This document shows, piece by piece, positions 61,269 to 64,000 of a stretch of 64,000 bases of DNA. Numbering within the stretch: the stretch's first letter is position 1; every line of letters begins with the position of its first letter. The stretch comes from Coniocarpon cinnabarinum (Eukaryota): NCBI GenBank assembly GCA_051942205.1, contig JAVECO010000048.1, positions 62,001-126,000 on the forward strand. Reading direction: 5' to 3'. The notes below the pieces were generated by a model, which saw only the letters and a program-made list of their open reading frames with translations, had not been told where the DNA came from and did no database searches. Position numbers and translations under genes: made by a program.

Positions 61269-64000
61269 AGGATCGTGACATCGTGTCAAAAGAAGTAAGA
61301 GGTAGGGGCCAATGTGTCTCTAAATAGAGGTGTCTTGGAGAACCGGCCCCTGTAAGGAGGAATATTAGCTATCCTATACTTGGAATTAGCTTTTTTAGCG
61401 GTTAGATGTTGTCCTCTCACTGACTGGTCTCCTGCCGCATCAGTACTAGTATCTGCCTCAGCTTGACCTGAGTTTGTTTTGATTGTGGAATCAGTGGGGC
61501 GTGAGCCAAATCTTTGCGCGTGTGGACGCTCGTGGTCGAGAGCGCTTGACCATCCAAGTCCTTGAAAACCCTAAACAACTGCCGAAAACGCAGATGTGGC
61601 TCTAAGTCGGTCTGCTACATGCTGTAGAGATGTAGTTATAGGAATATAGGCATTCTGGCTGGCCCTTGGACTTTCACAATTGAATGGCGCGGTCAAGCAC
61701 CTGTGCTTCTGGTCTCCTAGAGAAGCGATCGGATTTGGTCACCTTGTATAACGGACGCATTTCTTGCTGACCATGCAAGGTCATGCTCCAGAGCGCTCGG
61801 GCCTGCATACACGCTTTGATCGGTGCTACCGGGTTGCCTTCAATCGTCCTCCTCAGAAACTGCTCCTTCACCACAGATGTGGGCCAGGCTGGATCTCTCG
61901 ACTCATTTCTCTACCCCTGTGACGCTGTATCATAAAGGGGCATATGATCACCAAGCAAGGCCAGGGACTTACAAGACATGTTGCTCCGGCATCCACATTC
62001 GCAAGTTTCTGCTGAAGTGGGTCCAGCTTCGATCAGAGTCCAACAGTAGGATGTTTCCTACTAGTCCTTTCCTCTGTTATGGACATTAATGTGGTATTTT
62101 CGTAATCAGTGTTTCACGCATCCAGTTTCACTTAGTGCGAAAATGTTGCCAGTCACGATGCTGCTCTGTGCGATGCTCTGAACACACACATTCTCTTTAC
62201 CCTACCGCAATGACTGCGTTTCCGGACCTCAGGCGTCAAGGAGCAATTGTAGGAGCACATTTCTCCCTCGTTTGAGGATTCTGCCTTTATCAAAGGCCTG
62301 AGCTGAGCCGCTAATGGACCTGACCAGGGGATTCCTAGACCTATTTGCTTGATTCGCATGAAGATCCTGGCACTACTGGGCATTCTCAGGTGTTCAATAT
62401 AGCTGCTATTTTCCAATCACGATGCCAAAATCTCCTCCGAACAACTGCTGGGAGACTAATTACGCTAGCATCACAGCCCCAACATCTGGGACGGTAAGGG
62501 CGACGAATGGCAGCTCTACATAAATTTGTAACTGACAAGCCAGTCCCAGACCAGTATTGGCACACGAGGGTCTGTCGCCGGAGGGATATACCTCGGAAAC
62601 ACTATAGACATGTAGCCAACGTGACATCTGATCTGACACTTTCATGTATGCTTCAGCTAGGTCCCCGACGCTGTAACAAATTGCAGCGAGAGGTAGCAAG
62701 GAATGCGTTCAGCATATTTGAATTACGAGTGAAATTTGCTCAGATTGGAAATTTGGCAGGTCTTGACCTTCGATGACAGTCTTGATATTCCCTGAGGAGT
62801 GCGATGTGTTCAGAAGATGATTTCATTCGAATGCCTTACAGCAGAGCTTGGTGTGACGTCAAAGTCAGACGTGCTCTGTGACGCACGCAAGGACCATGAT
62901 GTTAAGCCTTACAAGTCTGAGACAAAATCAGACCGTAGCCAAAGACGAGATCGCGCGAATTTTGCTGACCAAACTGCTTCATCATACATATGGGACAAGC
63001 CTTTTACGGGTAGTAAAGTCACCTACCTTCGAAGCAGAACATGCGAAAAATAACGGAAGCGTCTAGGAACAAGGCGCCCAATTGCTGGTGCTGAAGTGGC
63101 AATCAGCTACGTTTGCTTGGCCTGTCAGTAATGAACGTGGGTCTGGACACATAGGTTGTCGATTGTCGGCGCGTGGAGGGGAAAGAGTTGCGGTCGAGAC
63201 ATTGAAGATGGCCGATTCTGGGTAGACTCGTGGGCCCCTCAGCTCTCGTTTCACTCACAACGATAGGTGGAGAACAGCCAAGGTGATCATCAGCGAAGGC
63301 TTTCAAGATCTGCGCTCAAGGTCGGATTCCTCACGTCGCCTCTCCAAGGCTGGTGACGCATTGTTGGATTTTCCGTCGCTTATGCAATTCCTTCCGCAGA
63401 GCCAAGATGCCTGGCACCTTCTTGTGCGAGGGCAGCCAAATTTTCATTCTCACTACGTGTCTGATCACCTGCACACGCCACACGCACAGACGTGTCTCAC
63501 CAACCCCATGCAGCAGAAGCCAATCCGACGCTGCAGCATGACCGCAAGCGCTCACACCTCCTCATCAGCACCGAGCAAAAGGCGTCGCACTGCACCACAC
63601 CACTTGGCGTGTACTCAGTGTATTCATCCGTACGTCGCAGGTGCCAAGCTGTTGGGAATGTGGCTTGCGTGGGGAGATTACTACGACTTGTAGAGCTAGC
63701 AATCTCTGCCATTCGGTCAACGACCAATTTGGGGATGTTGCTACGTATGAGCACCGACCGCCGAGATGCCGCTGACGAACCGCAGGAATTCGCGGGGCCG
63801 TCGATGATCGCGGTCCTGCACGCGTGCTCGCATGGACGTCCGGTGCCACTCCGACGTCACAGGTCTTTCCACGATCCGCAGACACGCTTGCACACAGACC
63901 AACCCCTGCGGAACCTCCCTGCCTGCAAGCGATCACGGGCCATCCACGGCCGCATTGGTGAGCGAACCTTATCCCTCCGGCAGCAAGCCGCCTCTGACCG

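Overview
Eukaryotic genomic DNA from a filamentous ascomycete (Pezizomycotina, probably Dothideomycete-like). This rests on short GT..CTRAY..YAG spliceosomal introns and on Pex20 and Cch1 genes. About 25 protein-coding genes can be supported, many only after manual splicing. Positions 1-52 kb are mostly gene-dense core genome: an F-box-family C-terminus, SEC13, PEX20, a 2-hydroxyacid dehydrogenase, a GNAT, a SUZ protein, mitochondrial uL10, CCH1, a PHD chromatin protein, a GST, a MATA-HMG transcription factor, a UBTD-like protein, a PTH11-like membrane protein, a RasGAP, a GH31 alpha-xylosidase, a GPI cell-wall protein and a CE5 esterase. Positions ~52-64 kb look accessory and gene-poor. They hold two tandem paralogous APH-like phosphotransferases, a small Cys/His zinc-finger-like protein, an 80-aa secreted six-cysteine peptide that the ORF track misses (X-Pro/X-Ala propeptide, gamma-core motifs) and possible gene relics. 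No rRNA, tRNA, CRISPR array or recognisable transposon was seen. All family assignments come from motif recognition by eye, without database searches.
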